Below, piece by piece: positions 48,919-63,610 of a DNA stretch of 64,000 nt (position 1 is the first letter of the stretch; every line of letters starts with the position of its first letter). The stretch is from positions 14,384,001 through 14,448,000 of the forward strand of contig JAQFVV010000004.1 in assembly GCA_028023455.1 (NCBI GenBank), given 5' to 3'. Under the pieces are notes generated by a model. That model was not told where the DNA came from and made no database searches. It was given only the letters and a program-made list of their open reading frames with translations. A program made the translations under genes and the position numbers. The stretch is from Epiperipatus broadwayi (lineage: Eukaryota > Animalia > Onychophora).

Positions 48919-49727
48919 TATTTATTGGATTTATAAGTCTTTTTTGTTTTTATATATATATACTCTCAAGAAGATTGCAGAACAGTCTAAACATTGGATT
49001 GTATATGTGTATGTAAAATAAAATATTTTTGCTAAAAAGCATTCAATGTAGAATGGATAAATTGCATTTCTATAAGATATTACAATAAAATAAAGGAAGT
49101 GGTGAATTTGGTAATATTTATATATAATAGAATTTGTTGAAATGTAATATATTCACTGCCAATTCAATTTGACACCAAAATATTTTAGATAAGTTAATTA
49201 GTTTCTTAAATATAGATCAGAGGGTAAATAAAATTTGAAATTGTTTGATATCAAATTTAAAATAAATTGTTAAAAAATTTAAAAAATTAAAATATTTTTC
49301 AGTAATGTGCATAGAGGTTTGCTATATATATATATCGTTAGGTTGGTTTCAATTAATTATTTTTATTGAAGTTAGAAAACAATTTTAAAATTGAGGAATA
49401 ATATATTAATAGTCAATATAATTTGTTCAAACTTGATACATTTCTTATAAATCACTACCAATACAATAAATACAACAGTAAAATATTTTAAGTAAGTTAC
49501 TTACTTTCTTAAATATTGAGTAGTAGGCAGGTAAACAAAACTATTTTGTAAACAAGATTCATTTAATACTTATGATTTTACTTTCAGTCTTAAAAGTATT
49601 TCAGCATAATTTAAAACTAAAATAAAAGCAAATATTTAATTACTATCTTAATGCTATAAACTATATAACAGTACATATACAAATTATTCATAATAAATAC
49701 TTTCATTTACTTTGCGCTAAAAAAAAT

Positions 49728-49928
49728 TAATTGTTTCTTCAACCACAGTTGAGACTTTTAGATTAAGTTAAAATAAAAGCATGGGGAGGGGGGGTCCAAA
49801 AATTAATTAAGTCTATCCCTATTTTCTGTAACAAGGAGTTGATTTAACTAATTTCTGAACTTATCTTCCCCAATGCTTTTATTTCAAGTTAAATATAAAA
49901 ACTCTAATTGTGGTTGAAGAAATAATTA
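49728..49928. mobile_element. Old MITE-like inverted repeat (~200 bp, ~60-bp arms)
   Basis: TAATTGTTTCTTCAACCACAGTT...AAATAAAAGCATGGGGA is the reverse complement of TCCCCAATGCTTTTATTT...AATTGTGGTTGAAGAAATAATTA, with several mismatches. Confidence 0.7.
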
Positions 49929-50389
49929 TTTTTAATGCAAAATAAACAAAAGTATTGATTATAAAATATTTTTTATATCTATTATATAACCAATAATATT
50001 AATACAATATTAATTAATTTATATAGTTAATAGTTGTACTAGATCAATATATTTTATGTTATATTTATTATGCTGATCTTAAAAGCAAATACAACAAAAA
50101 ATCCATGTAGTAATATCAGCCCTTTTAGTAATTTTTAGAGTTGCTTTATGGTCCCATCTTAATTATTATTATTCACACATCACTATTCATATAATAAAAT
50201 TGAATTATATTATGACATTTATACTCTCAAATAAAAAAATAGCTAAAGTATTTTTCAATCATTACTAAATAACCTAGTTAAATGTGCTATGGGACACCAA
50301 ATAATATTTCTGAGGTTCTTTTTGTATTTAAATATCAAGATAATGGTACAATATATCTATGCCTTAACAACTATGCCAACAAAGACCTT

Positions 50390-50482
50390 GCATTGGTGGT
50401 TGAGAGGTCAGTGATGGCTGCTTTATAAACTGTTGTCCCAAAATCGTGGGTTTGCTTCCCGGCTGATGCTGTGACACATGAG
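50390..50482 (+). mobile_element. S1 SINE with perfect 12-bp TSD
   Basis: TSD AACAAAGACCTT at 50378-50389 and 50483-50494. There is no separate poly(A). Confidence 0.93.
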
Positions 50483-52399
50483 AACAAAGACCTTATTATA
50501 TTTAATATTTCTTTATTCAAAGTTATTTGAGCATATATCATTTATTTCATTTTTAACAAGTTATGAAATGGCAAAAAATTCATTTTTAAAATTAATTTTC
50601 TTAATTAATAATGATTTTAAAATTTTATATTCACTTTTTTTTCAAATCAATAACAAAAGAAAAAAAATGTATTTTATGTCATTTCAGTAATATATTTTTT
50701 TCAGTGTTATTAAAAAACAATATTTAAAGTAAATAATTTTCTTGTCTTCACTCACACTAGAAATAAATTATTTTTAATTCATTAAATTTATCAGTTCACA
50801 GCTCTAAATAATCTTAAATATTAAATTTAGAAATATATTTGGTATTAAATTCTACACAATGACAAATATCACATAAATATAAATGAAAAAGTTAGGTTTC
50901 CTCTTTTAGTTATAAATTCAATAAAAATATTGAAAATATCATAGTTAATTAAATGTTCAAATGTAAAATATGTGCATAGCTTAAAGCTAGTCATAATAAA
51001 ACTGTAATTTATATAAAATGAGAGATAAAACTTTTTTAATAAATGATAGCTTTCTAGAATAACATTTATAAAACTAACTTTTTTTAAAAAAACTTTAACA
51101 TTGAAACATAACCTTTTTTTCCCCTTAGCTTCCAAATCGTATTTATCTGTTTACAAAATACTATAAATCTTTATTTTTTCAATTTAAAATACTTAACATT
51201 TTTATATAGTAGCAATGAGATTGTTTTTTGTAAATAAGACTAAAGATTATTTAAATTATTATATTATCAATAAACTTTTTAAACGAAACATAACAGGAAC
51301 AAATTATCCAACTCCCAGCTTAAAAACATTCTCTACTTCAGTACTTTCTAGTGTAAGATTAAGTGATCTGTGAAGTGTTTTTCTTGTTTTATAAGCTGGA
51401 TTTTGTTAGTTTATTGTTATTATTAACATTTCTAACCAGAGAAATAAGATGCATACAGTTAATCAAGAATTGATGGATCTAAAAATGTATAATTACTGAA
51501 CTGGTTTCACATCTATATAACTATTCAGTCAGCATGACTTATGTTTAAAATGTTACCTGATTTATTTTTACCTTGACAGGTAAAATAAAATTAAAGGTGA
51601 TTGCTGAATGCATATCTGAAAATATTCCAAATTTGAATTCTAGGCCTCATTGATAAAGACAAAGCCAGAAATCAGTCTGAAGATGGGGATTTTAATACTG
51701 AAGATAGGAATTTTATATGCACCTGATAATAATTAAATATGCCAGATCATTCTAGAAGGTAATAAAATGGAAATTTGTTCTTGACTTAAAGAGAGCATGA
51801 TTGCTTTCAGATATTTTTTAGTTTGCTAAACAACTCTTCTACTCTTATTTTGTTTTTTATATCATATATTTTTTATTTTCCATATCATTCCAGTAAATTT
51901 TTTATCTCTTTCAAAAATCTCCTCTGCAATCTGTATATAGGCCATCTTATCATTTGCTAGAATATAATTTAAGACTTCATTGTTAATCTATTATCATTTT
52001 TAATGACATTTCTATTTTAGTTTAAATTCATATGAAATATGTGGTCAAATAAATCAGCATATATGCAATGTGTTATAATTTATTTGTTTTTCATACCAAC
52101 TGATAAGATTATCTAAGTCTAATAAGTCTGCAGTCAAGATTAGCAAAAATAATGAAAAAAAAATATTATTTCAGTATAAAATTCAAATATTTTAATGATA
52201 GGCAATAGTTGCATTTTCTTTTGTTAATAGATTATGTTGAGTGTTAATTAAACTCTTATTATTAATATAAAATATATGCTAAATAATTGTTAATCAGCCT
52301 TATATCTATGTTTACATGAGTAATGTGCTAAACTCATTATTACTAGTCATTTGTAAACAAGGATATTATTTGAAATTCTAAAGATAAAAACAGTAAAAA

Positions 52400-52760
52400 A
52401 AGCCTTGATCAGTGGTAAATTTGCTGTCATAAGAATGTCTATCTTCATTCTGTTTGCTTTATGGCTCACCAGATGCCATCTCAAATTCAATCAAAACATG
52501 TGGAACCCATGGGATACATATAAGGAAACCTTATGTAATCTTAAGATTAGAGACCGCTTATTGAGACCTGAAGGACTGTTCTTGGATACATGGAAACAAA
52601 TAGCACTGAACAACAACCAAAACTTCTCTCTAACAATATGGTCTAAATTATGATTTCGAAGATATTAGAGGAAGTTTCATCATAGCATCCAGAGGTCTGT
52701 GGTATAAAAGAAGTTGGTGAACCAAGACATTGATATCAACTCACTGGAAAGAAAAACCAA
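52400..52760 (+). pseudogene. Possible RLE-type (R2/NeSL/R4-like) non-LTR retrotransposon C-terminal remnant
   Basis: The frame from 52451 reads CLLYGSPDAISNSIKTCGTHGIHIR (a decayed CxxC-x7-H-x4-C knuckle plus THG.RI). LRPEGL appears in an adjacent frame, and FIIASRGLW at 52676-52702 (compare R2 TISWRGVW). Confidence 0.45.
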
Positions 52761-55508
52761 CAGATTGGATGACAGAGAGAGTTGAACTCTGCAATCGTGT
52801 TTCTATGAGAAAAATAATAAGCTGTGACAATTTGAACAATGAGGTCACCCCCAGAAATAATAGTTGATTGGTTAATTTTACTTCTCATTCCAATAAATAA
52901 ATGACTGAAAACTGATAAATCTCAACTGGTGATCACAGGTAAGAAGTGAGACTGAATTTGAATAAAACTTATGTTCAATCTATAAATTAAAGGATGGTTC
53001 AATCTCCAATCTAATAAAAACAATAAAACTAGCACATGAACTCCAAGACACAGTCTTTGGGGCAGACATACCTCAGTTTCATAGATGTAATAGTATGATA
53101 TCTGAAATACTAAATGCATTAACTGACATGGAGTAACCATTGAATATACTGTCCAAATTATTAATGTATAATAAGAATTTATGTATTTATTCTAAAGAAA
53201 TGTTTTCCTTAATTAAAAAAAATCATAAATAAGAAATTAAAAAGAATTAATGAGGATTGTTGTATTAGTAATTACAGAAATGAAATATGGATGTATAGAC
53301 ATATAATATGAATTGTCACAATTAGTACAAGAAGATGATTAAAATTATAAAAAGACTCTTAGTAATTGAACAGTATCCCAAATAATAATAGAAAAATACA
53401 TATATTAAAACCATTAATTATTTTTGTATGTCTTACGTCAAATCATTTTCATCAGAAAATATAGAAAAATATAAATAATTTTAAGATCACAATTCACTAA
53501 TTTATTCAATAACTCCACTAATTTAATCTTATTAATTCCAACATGAATAGCTAATCTTCAATAATTTGTGTATATTTTCACAATTATATTGCTTATTTAA
53601 TAACTTATCCATACTATTCATAAAATATGCCTGTATCAAAACAGTCAACTATAGATTATCAGATTTAAGGTACTTACCAGTTGAACTTCAAAATGAATTC
53701 AATTATAATATGTAGCATTCATCTTTAAATTATCAATAATGATCAAGTTGAACATTTTGTACTAAGGATTCTTCACAAAAAAAATCTTTCATAATACTGG
53801 TTACATTTCCAGACATATTATCTAACACTGTAAATGCTTGACAAAGAAAAAATAAGTAAAAGATACCTTTTATGATTTAGACCTTGATGTAACACTACTT
53901 TCAGATGGAGTCATATTCTTCAGATCTTACTTCAAATTCTTCCATATTTATCCTAGTTTTTCCCCATTATAGCTCCTGGATTTAACTTAAAGAAAATATA
54001 ATTACTAAGAATGATGTTAGCACACTCTCTATTCTTACTTAATTTAACATATGGAAAAAAGTTGTTTATATATATAGAAATGAGACCAAATACAAAAACT
54101 AGATTAATTAATCAACAATATATTAAAATTAATAAATAAAAACAAAAATAAAAATATAAACATACCAAAATGCTATATCTATATATTAAGATGAATTGGT
54201 TTCATGACATAACAATGTATGTAAAATGTGAAATATATGTATGCATGTATATTTAAAGCACAAAGAGGAAAAGTAGAAATGAACACAGATAAAAATATTT
54301 ATACATAATTATTTTATATAATCTGAAATAATTGAAATATTGATTAAGTAATATTTTTTGATATTTTTAAAATACTACAAATTATTTAAAATTAAATATT
54401 AAAAAGATTTCTATTTTAATACAAATATTTTATTTGACCTATTTGTGATTTTGAAAAAAAAAAACTTTTAAAGTTGCAAAGGTAATTATTTTGTCTAAAA
54501 GAGGATGTTTTTATGTAATACAAAGGTAATTATAAGGTTAACTCTAATATGGTTTTACTTAAAGGATTAAGAAGAATTTTTCAAATTAAATATCCTTTTT
54601 GTTTTTAATGAATGTAAATTAAAACAGAACAATTGTAATTTAATTATAACCTTGGCTTTTATTAATTAATAAGAAAAATACTTGCTTAATTCTCTCTTGT
54701 AAACTAAATTGTAGATACTATAAATAGTGAATTCAGTTTAAATTGTGATTGTTATAAAATAGGCAACTTTGAAACAAAGGCAGTCATTTCTGGTTTCCTC
54801 ATTGGACAAATGTGAGCAACCAGAGAAATAAAGAATGATGAATTTTCTATTTTATGACATAATCCAATATATGCCTAATAGATACTGCTTTCTGTACCTG
54901 ATGTTTGGCGATTATGGAAGCTGAATTAAAGTGAAAACTTCTAACATTTATTTTTTATATCTGTTACCAAGACAAGTGATGCTGACAATCTATATAAGAA
55001 ACCAATCATATTAGTACATGATTATACATATTGAAATACAAATATTTTCAGATATATATGAAAATACAGATGGAAAACAATTTTTAGGAAAGTATAAATG
55101 TATTGTGCATGTTAATTTAATACAATGCTAAAGGATTAAAAAAATCTATTACCAAAGTTATCTCACTTTAATTTTTAAAAAGAATGATTTTTTTAATAAT
55201 AACTGAAAGGAAACAACTTTTAAATATAATAAAGCAACTATTTAAAATAATCTTAACAGATGGAAATAAATTTGAAAATACTTTTAATATTTGCAAGTAG
55301 AGAGAACAAAACTTAAAAAAAAAAAACTTTGAAATGTCCTTCAAAGAATTAAATGATATTAACCTTATCTTAAAAACTTTATTTACAGTTTAAGAGAAAT
55401 TATAATTTGGTTTGTACAATAAAGACAATTTGAATTAATAATTGAAAATTTAATTTTATATTAGAATATACACCTTTGTATATATTTGTGTTATATATAT
55501 ATATATAT

Positions 55509-55817
55509 TGTAACCCTCTCCCAACACCTCTCCTGCCTTTCTTATCTACCTGTAGGTGCCAATTCTATTGATCATAGAATAAACTACTAGTCTGATCTTG
55601 CTTTAAAATTATTAATGAGGCTCTTAAATGCTGTTCTACCTTAGCATAGCTCAGTTGGGGGCTACATAGGTCTATAGGGTGTAAAATGTATATTAGACAT
55701 GCATTGAACAACCTCTGCTATGTGATAAAATTAAATTAATAAAATAAAGATGCAATCTTGATTAACTATACTGTATAGCAAGTTGGAACTAAATATAAAA
55801 TAAAATATAACCTTACA
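55509..55817. mobile_element. Candidate solo LTR (309 bp)
   Basis: Ends are TGTAA...TTACA, with AATAAA near 55738. It is GC-richer than the flanks and follows (TA)n. No matching TSD. Confidence 0.35.
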
Positions 55818-57479
55818 CAATTCTTAATTTTACAGTAATTTAAATTAAATAACTGAATTAATGTCTAATTTAAATAATAAGTGAATATCTCAGGGAATTA
55901 ATTTATTGCATAGCTTAACTTTAAATCTATATTTTCCAACAACTACTAATTACTATTATAAAAGTAATGATGCAAACTAAACAATATCCTAACAAAATAA
56001 TGATAGTTAGATAATAAAAGAAATAGGGTGCATTTTGATTTCAATTCATCATCTAAATAGAAATGAATGATAAAATTTTCAGAGAATCATTAAATAATCA
56101 AACATTTCATACAGTGTCTGATCAAGAAAAGCAACGTCATCAGATCTGTACATGTTCATCATTAAATTATAGAATAGTGTAATCATATCATATTAAACAT
56201 CTCAAAACCTTCAAATTATATCTATAAGTGCTTCTAAACACAATTTTAGGTCATTAATAAAAAAAATTTAAATTTTAGGTTATTTCACTTTTTTTAGTAA
56301 GATGCCATCAGATATTACTGATACAGTGCTACTTAATTACAATCAATATTTCTGGTGCCTATCCAGAAGGTTGCAATATGTATATATGTTTATAATGCAA
56401 TTATTATATTTTGTTAAAGCAGAATAATATTGCCCTGTGTAATTAAAGAAAATTATAATAATTGAAATATTATTTATTATTTGTCATGTGCACTATGTGC
56501 CTACATAAGTGTTTATTTAAGAATCCTTAAAATTTATGAATTTCTGCAAACTATATTCTACTCTATGTTAAATCACTTTTCTTTTTTTAATCTATGGAAA
56601 TATTTTCTGATATTTGTAAATAGACAGAATCAGAATGAGCTATTTGCATTATAGAGTATTCATTAGACAACATTTTTGTTAGAACTAATTGATTAAAGAA
56701 TTTATTAATCATTATTTTAAATTATATTAGTGAAGTTTTATATATGTCTCTGCTCTTATTAGCATGGATTTCATTGCATCTATTATAGCTTCAGATTAAT
56801 GATGCAACATGCAAGCTGCACTTGAAAGCTACTCTGTTTTACTTCTGAGACAATATTATTTATTATTATTATTTTTTCTAAACTTTTATTTTAATAATCT
56901 ATAGCAATATATAATGGTACAATATTAGAATATTTTATTTTGAAAATGTTTTAAAGTTTGAGACATTAAATTTTTAGCTTTTCAATGAATCCACTCAAAA
57001 GCATTGTTAATGTGAATTTTATAATCACATTGGTTGATAAAAAAGACTTGTAACATATAATGACATGAATTTCTGGAACATTCAACAAGTACAGTCAAAA
57101 TAATATAAAAGTATTATAGGCAACTCTTATTATCAAAAAAAAATATTGATCACTAGTATATATAATTCTCTTTAGAAATTATTTAGATGACACTAAAATA
57201 ATAAAGGCTATGTTTAAAATCCTGCCACTTTACATTATAGATTTAATAATGATGATTACTAATTCATTTATGGACAGTATACTTAGGGCATTTGATGGAC
57301 CAGAGTGCTATTTTTTCCTTCATATTTAATAAATTATTTTTAAAATAATATCTTGTAATAAATTTAATATTGTATTAACTTTTATTCAAAAATTAAAAGT
57401 GTTTATGTAGATATATTTGAAATGATTGTTAGTCTATTAAAAACAGCAACAAAGTTACTTAGTACAAAAAGGAGAAATT

Positions 57480-59140
57480 TGCAGGTACATTTTTAACTGA
57501 GTTAAGACAATGTATAAAAAAATATAAGGTATATAAAATGGTACAAAAATATTAATAGTTATATAAAAAATATAAATGTGAATTAGCAATGACATATATA
57601 AATGCTACTGAAAGAAAAAGTATTTTAGCAATAAGAAGAAAAAATGGAACTATTACTAATAGAGAAATAACATCATGAAATGTGGGTAATAATTATGTAG
57701 TAATAAGAGAAAAAATAATAATTAATTACTTCAATTACTAAATCTTTAGAATTGCCAAGCATTTTGAATAGAGAAATGAAGCATGCAATTAAATGTATAA
57801 AAAAGCAAAAGGTGTAGGAAATGATGAAATTACTATTACTGATATCTTAAAAAAAAATAGGTGAAGGAATAGGAAAATTATTGGCAAAAGCTATATACCA
57901 AATGTCTAATTGATAAAAATATAGCAGATGATTGTAAAAATGCAGTAATAATATTGACATTTTAAAAAAGCAGTAAACATTATATTAGCAATTACAGATC
58001 TATTAGTTTTTTTATTAGTTCGATACAAAATCTCTATTAAGATTTATAACTCCTCTATGATGAACTTTGGCTTATAATCCAAGCAAATAAAGAAAACTGG
58101 ATTTAAAGAATGGTTTTAGTATAATAAATTGTATCTAAATAGTAAAAAGTATTATAGCAAGAACCAATGAATATAAGTTGCTAGTCATTTTACATTTATA
58201 AATTGTGAAAGGCGTTTGATATAGACTCAGTATATTATCATATTCTGAAAATATTTATCAAAATGCAACATAGTAATACTGAAAAGATTAATATGGTTAT
58301 GTGTGTGCAATAGTGTGATTCCATATCTCTAAACTTTTTATAACAGTTTTACAAGAAGTAGTTTGTGGATTAAAATGAAAAGGTAGAAGAATAAAAATAA
58401 ATGAACATTATTTAAATCATTTAAATTTTGAAAATTATGTGATTGCTTTTACAAATAATGCTTCAGTACTTTAGAAAATATTGCAAGATCTATCAGATGG
58501 AAATAAGAAAATGCAGCTAAAGATATAATGATAAAAGAAATAAAGAAATGTTCAATTGATTTTTTCAAAAGAAGAAAATAAAGATTGGTAATATTAAATT
58601 TAAAAAGTTAATAATCACAAATGTTTTTTTTTTTCAGATTATTAATACAAATGAAATCATAATAGACATCATAATTTAATTATAGATTAAATTTGGATGG
58701 AGTACTTTTTCCTAAAAATAACTTAGTTTTAAAAGGAAATACACTTATAAGTTTGAAAAGGAAAGTATATTTATCCGTTATTTATGGATTTGAGATATGA
58801 ACATAACAAAAAGTAATAAAGAGACTTCAGTATGGAGAGATGTAAGTTGGAAGTAACAAGAAAGAATTAAAAGAAAAATAATTTGTTAAGAGAATAAACA
58901 GGAGTCACTGTTAGCATTGAAAAATAAAGGGATTGAACTGGAACTGATCTGGACATATTTTTAGAATAAATCAGAGATGGATAGCTTAAGTCTGTAACTG
59001 AATCTGATTAAAAAGAGACCATATGTGAAATGGATGGATAGAATGAGGAAGTGTTTGCTGATGTGATATGAAGGAATTATGCACTGAAGAAGCTGGATGA
59101 AGTTTTGAAAGTTCTTTATATGACAATGGATTACTAATAG
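57480..59140 (+). mobile_element. RTE-clade LINE remnant covering most of RT and the C-terminus
   Basis: Colinear decayed motifs: KAKGVGNDEIT, KNAVIIL, NYRSIS, RTNEYKL...(E)KAFD, NHLNFENYVIAF (F/YADD position), RIKFGWS, SVIYGFE, W.GHI, KRPYVKWMD. Confidence 0.85.
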
Positions 59141-61671
59141 TTGAAACTGATCATAATTGGGATATATATATATTATATTTCTTCATGAAGCAATACACAT
59201 TTAGTTCGCATAATTTACTTATATGATTTTTAAAAATATTTATATATAAATTATATTACATTAAAAACTCATAAATAGAAGATTTTGCATAGAAGTAGAA
59301 CATATATGACAAGTTTTCTTTAGTATCATTAGAAGATTAAACAATTTCATCATACTTTAGGATCTAAAATAATATACTGTTTAATGATTGCTATCAGCTG
59401 TCTTCATAGAATGTATTATTGAAAAATATTGTCATTCTCTTGGGCTAAAGAGCTTTCTGCAAAGAATATTATAAATATTATAAAGAACTGTTTCTTGTTT
59501 GAGGCAAGAATTATTCACAAATGTATCTAGAAAAAGATTTACAAACAAAAGACTTCTGTGCTATTATTTTTGAGAAACAAAGTGATGTGATAATTTTGTA
59601 AATGTTAGAACAGGGTATCTTAAGAAATAAACAGTACATCTTAGGATTATATATTACTTGTTTTTTTTGTAACCATTTAAAACCTGTTCATTGACTTATA
59701 TTTAAAAGACAATTAATAATTAAATCTCTGACATGAAACATATTTTGCCTTGAATGAGATACTTTTCAAATACTCAGAAACTTAATATCAAAAATTCAGT
59801 GACTATGTAGAAATAGGCAAAACTGTCCATACAGTAGTGCCACTCAGTGCAAGACAGAATAATCAATGGATGCCAGAAGGCTCATGCATAAAATCCCTAT
59901 CTAATGCCTACTCATTCAATACTCCTGGACTAGTTCCTAGCTTGTGGCTTTTATCAGTGAAGAGCAAACATAAGAAATGGTGATCATGTTATGTTTACAT
60001 GGAAATAGGGTCACAATAGATTCTGATTAATTGTGAACTTATTAAATATATAAAATGAATAAGAATAATAAACTTATTAAATCAGATGGCATGAAGTTTG
60101 CAATAAAAATGTTCAGTAAGTTTTTAACAACAGATTTTTATGAAAAAAAATGGAAAGAGAGGAATATAAAAAGAATGAATAAATTATAATACAAGAATTA
60201 TCTAGAGCATAAAATTAAATATAATTTTTTTATTAAGTAGATGCAATCAAGTATTTTTTTTTTAAATATTAAATTCCAGATGCTAACTAAAATGATACTG
60301 CCTGTTCCATTCTATTTGCTTTAGTACAATTACAGAGTGATGTTTATTTAGTGATAATTAGATATAAAAATAATGTATTTATACTTTAACTTCTATTTTT
60401 GTAGATAGATGTCAGGTTTAATCAGAAAAAACAATGACCTAATTTTTTTTCATTTCTTACATGAAGCTATGGATACTTTACACATTATACTTGGCAAAAA
60501 GAGAGATAAATTTTAATTAAGTCTTATTTTTACATTTCGAATACATGTCTGTTAATTGTAATGACATTTTTGTTAATAAAAGTAAAATATATTTATATAA
60601 TTCTATTTTTTTAAGGATTCAAACAACACAATTAAAAATGAAGGAAATATTAACTTAATGCTTATATGTAATTTTTTTTTAAAATTTTTGATATAAATTA
60701 AATGTGAAACATTTAAGTTTATTCCATTTTTAAACAATAATCAGTGGTGTCTGGTTTATAAGCCTTGTGGTACTGCAGTACCTTCCAAATAGTAATATAA
60801 CAATCATTCAATATTTTGAATAATTATTATGTAACTACAATAATTACATTATTTTTAAGAAGAATTATTTTAATCAATATTTGAGATTTTATTCAAAGAT
60901 ACTACTATTTATAGCAGTTCCAGATATGTCATATTTGGTCAATTTCATTATGTCCCACCAAGATTCATTTGCTTTTATCAATGCCTGTAACTAATGCCAT
61001 TGGTACTACTCACTGCTACAGCATCAATAATTATTTGAGTGTGGTACATTTATTTATTCGGGGTTCTGTTCAGAGCCAATAAAATTTTATTGTTTTTATT
61101 TAAGATGGGCAATAAAATATTCTGTTTTTTTTTTTATATAATTATCATTTATAAATAAACATATATAAATATTTATTACAGAAAAATATAAAATAATGAA
61201 AAAAAATATTATTTTAAATATTTATCATGATGGGAGTTAGTGTTGGATATATAAAAAAGACCCCCCTCCCCCCAATTGTCATTACATGACAAAATGGAAA
61301 TAAAAAATAAAGTCGATTTATTCCAAATATTAAATTTGTCAAACAGCAATTAGTAAAAACAAAAAATACATTAGATTTTAATAGATGATTAGTATGAAAA
61401 AATAAAAAGATTGTATGGTTGCAAAATGAGAAATACACTGTTTTCTTTAGTTGCATATGTTTTGGTGTTAAAACTTCAATAAAATGCTGTTGCTTAAAAA
61501 ATTCACATACTGCTACTGACAATAATACAGATTTATTCCAGAATGAGAAAGCTCAAGTAGTTGACAAAAATGCCTCATACATCAAATATATCACTGGAAG
61601 AAAAAGAAATTATAATGATTTTTTTATGGCAAAAAATTTACTTCATTAACCTAAATTCAAAATATAGTTAA

Positions 61672-61773
61672 GCATTGGTGGTCAAGAGGTCAGCGACGGC
61701 TGCTTTACAAGCAGTTGTCCTGGGTTAGCAGATTTGTTTCCTGGCTGATGCTATGACACATGAGAAAAAAAAA
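61672..61773 (+). mobile_element. S1 SINE, full length
   Basis: GCATTGGTGGTCAAGAGG...GATGCTATGACACATGAG-A9. Candidate TSD AAATTCAAAATATA / AAATTCGAAATATA. Confidence 0.92.
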
Positions 61774-63610
61774 TTCGAAATATATATATAAAGCATGAAA
61801 AACACACAACAAATGAAGCTTAAAAAGTGAAAAAAAAAAAAAAACTTTGTTAAGAACCTTACTAAGCATATAATTATTAAAAAATACAAACATTTGGGTA
61901 AATATATTGTGACATAGAAACATTGTGGTTACTGAGAAAATTTTTTTAATAAAAAACAATAACTTCCTGATATAACATCTGCCATTTTGAGTTTTTTTCT
62001 AGATCAAAAATGACATTGCCTAAATTATAATTTGTTAAATTAAATGCATTTTGTTTTATTATCAATTTTTTTTTTTTTTTAGAATAATGCATTTTCCCTG
62101 TAGAAAATTAAAATTTTTAGATATGAAAATATTTAAATAAAAATTTGCTTTGAAATAATATAAACACCTTAAAACTTATATTAAAACATTTTGATGCAGC
62201 ATATGATAAAAGTTTATACTTAATAAAATTTCTATTATTTGTTGATCATTTTTATGTTAATAATGAAAGTTACCATTATTTTGGGTATGTCAGAAAGGAA
62301 TTATTAGGATAATGGATAAAAATTTAACAAGTGATTGATATTTTCAGTTTATATTTAATATGGTTTGATCATATAGAGTTTATTGCTTAATGCATTTTTT
62401 AACTGAAAATAATTTAGATTTATTGTTACAACATTTTTTTCTGGTTTGACAGAATTAACATTTAAAAAAATGTAGGCTTAAATTGATTGAATGAATATAT
62501 TTTAACTAATCATCAAAAATGGAAAGAAGTTTAATCCATTATGTTGCTTTTACATATATTTAAATAAATCATATGATGTAATATAAAATATCTTTATATA
62601 ACAGCAATAATATATATATAATAAAAATAATAATATCCATAAAAGCCCTTTATGGCAAATATTATTTTTTCCCCTTTTCAATGTGTTGAAACTATTTTAT
62701 AATTACAATTTACATTGCCTGCATATTGACATCTATTTTTTTATACAAAATTAACTATAACTTATTATAACAATAATACAATATGTACAAAGCAGAAAAA
62801 ACCCTGTATACATGCATACTATATAATTTTTCATTCATTATCATTACTCAATTATTAATTAAATTAATTGATGTTATATATATATTCATACAATTATTTT
62901 TGTTGTAATTAATGTAATTGAAAGAGCAAAAATACATAAAAATGCAAATCTGCCTTACATGTTCATTATTTAAAATATGCACATAAAATACATTGTGTAA
63001 AAAGTATAAAACATTTAAATTATATTAACGAACCTAATAGAAAAAAAAAATGTTTTAATAACAGTTAAGAGCATACATAAGAAATGGTTATCATGTGATG
63101 TTTATTTCATTAAACTTTTTGTTGTATTTTTTTTTGGCTATAAATTTCCTCATGTTAATTTCTAATGATGCTACTTTCATGACGTTACTGCTTGATTACA
63201 TCATCAGTTGTTGTATTAAGTAATTGCCATTACAAAAAAGGCAGATTTTTTTTTTAAAGATTGTTGTATCAAGTAATTGATTGTAACAAAATAATGAATA
63301 CAAATTGATGATTATGACTATGTGAAGCTTCATTAAAAGGTCCACTGTATGTGTAAATGTCTTTTCAAATTAAAGATTGCATATTTAATAAATTAAATGA
63401 TTATTACATTTAATATTCAGTTAAAAGTTAATTTTGGGGGCATTGAAAATATATATGATTTTTTTTATCCTTACTACTTTTCCATTATTTTAAATATATT
63501 CATTAATTAATTTACTCATTATCAGAATATTTTTTCAATTTTATTTATTTTAAAAATATTGTAACAGTTTAAACCAATAATGTACCACAATTTATTTTTA
63601 TTTTTTAGTA

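Noticed and set aside
53895-53935. Minus-strand CTGAAGA-ATATGACTCCATCT-GAAA hammerhead
   Set aside because: Stem II needs a correction, and no valid NUH site or stem I follows.
60742-61020. hAT MITE starting CAGTGGTGTCTGG with a GTACTGCAGTAC palindrome
   Set aside because: No matching right TIR or 8-bp TSD was found.
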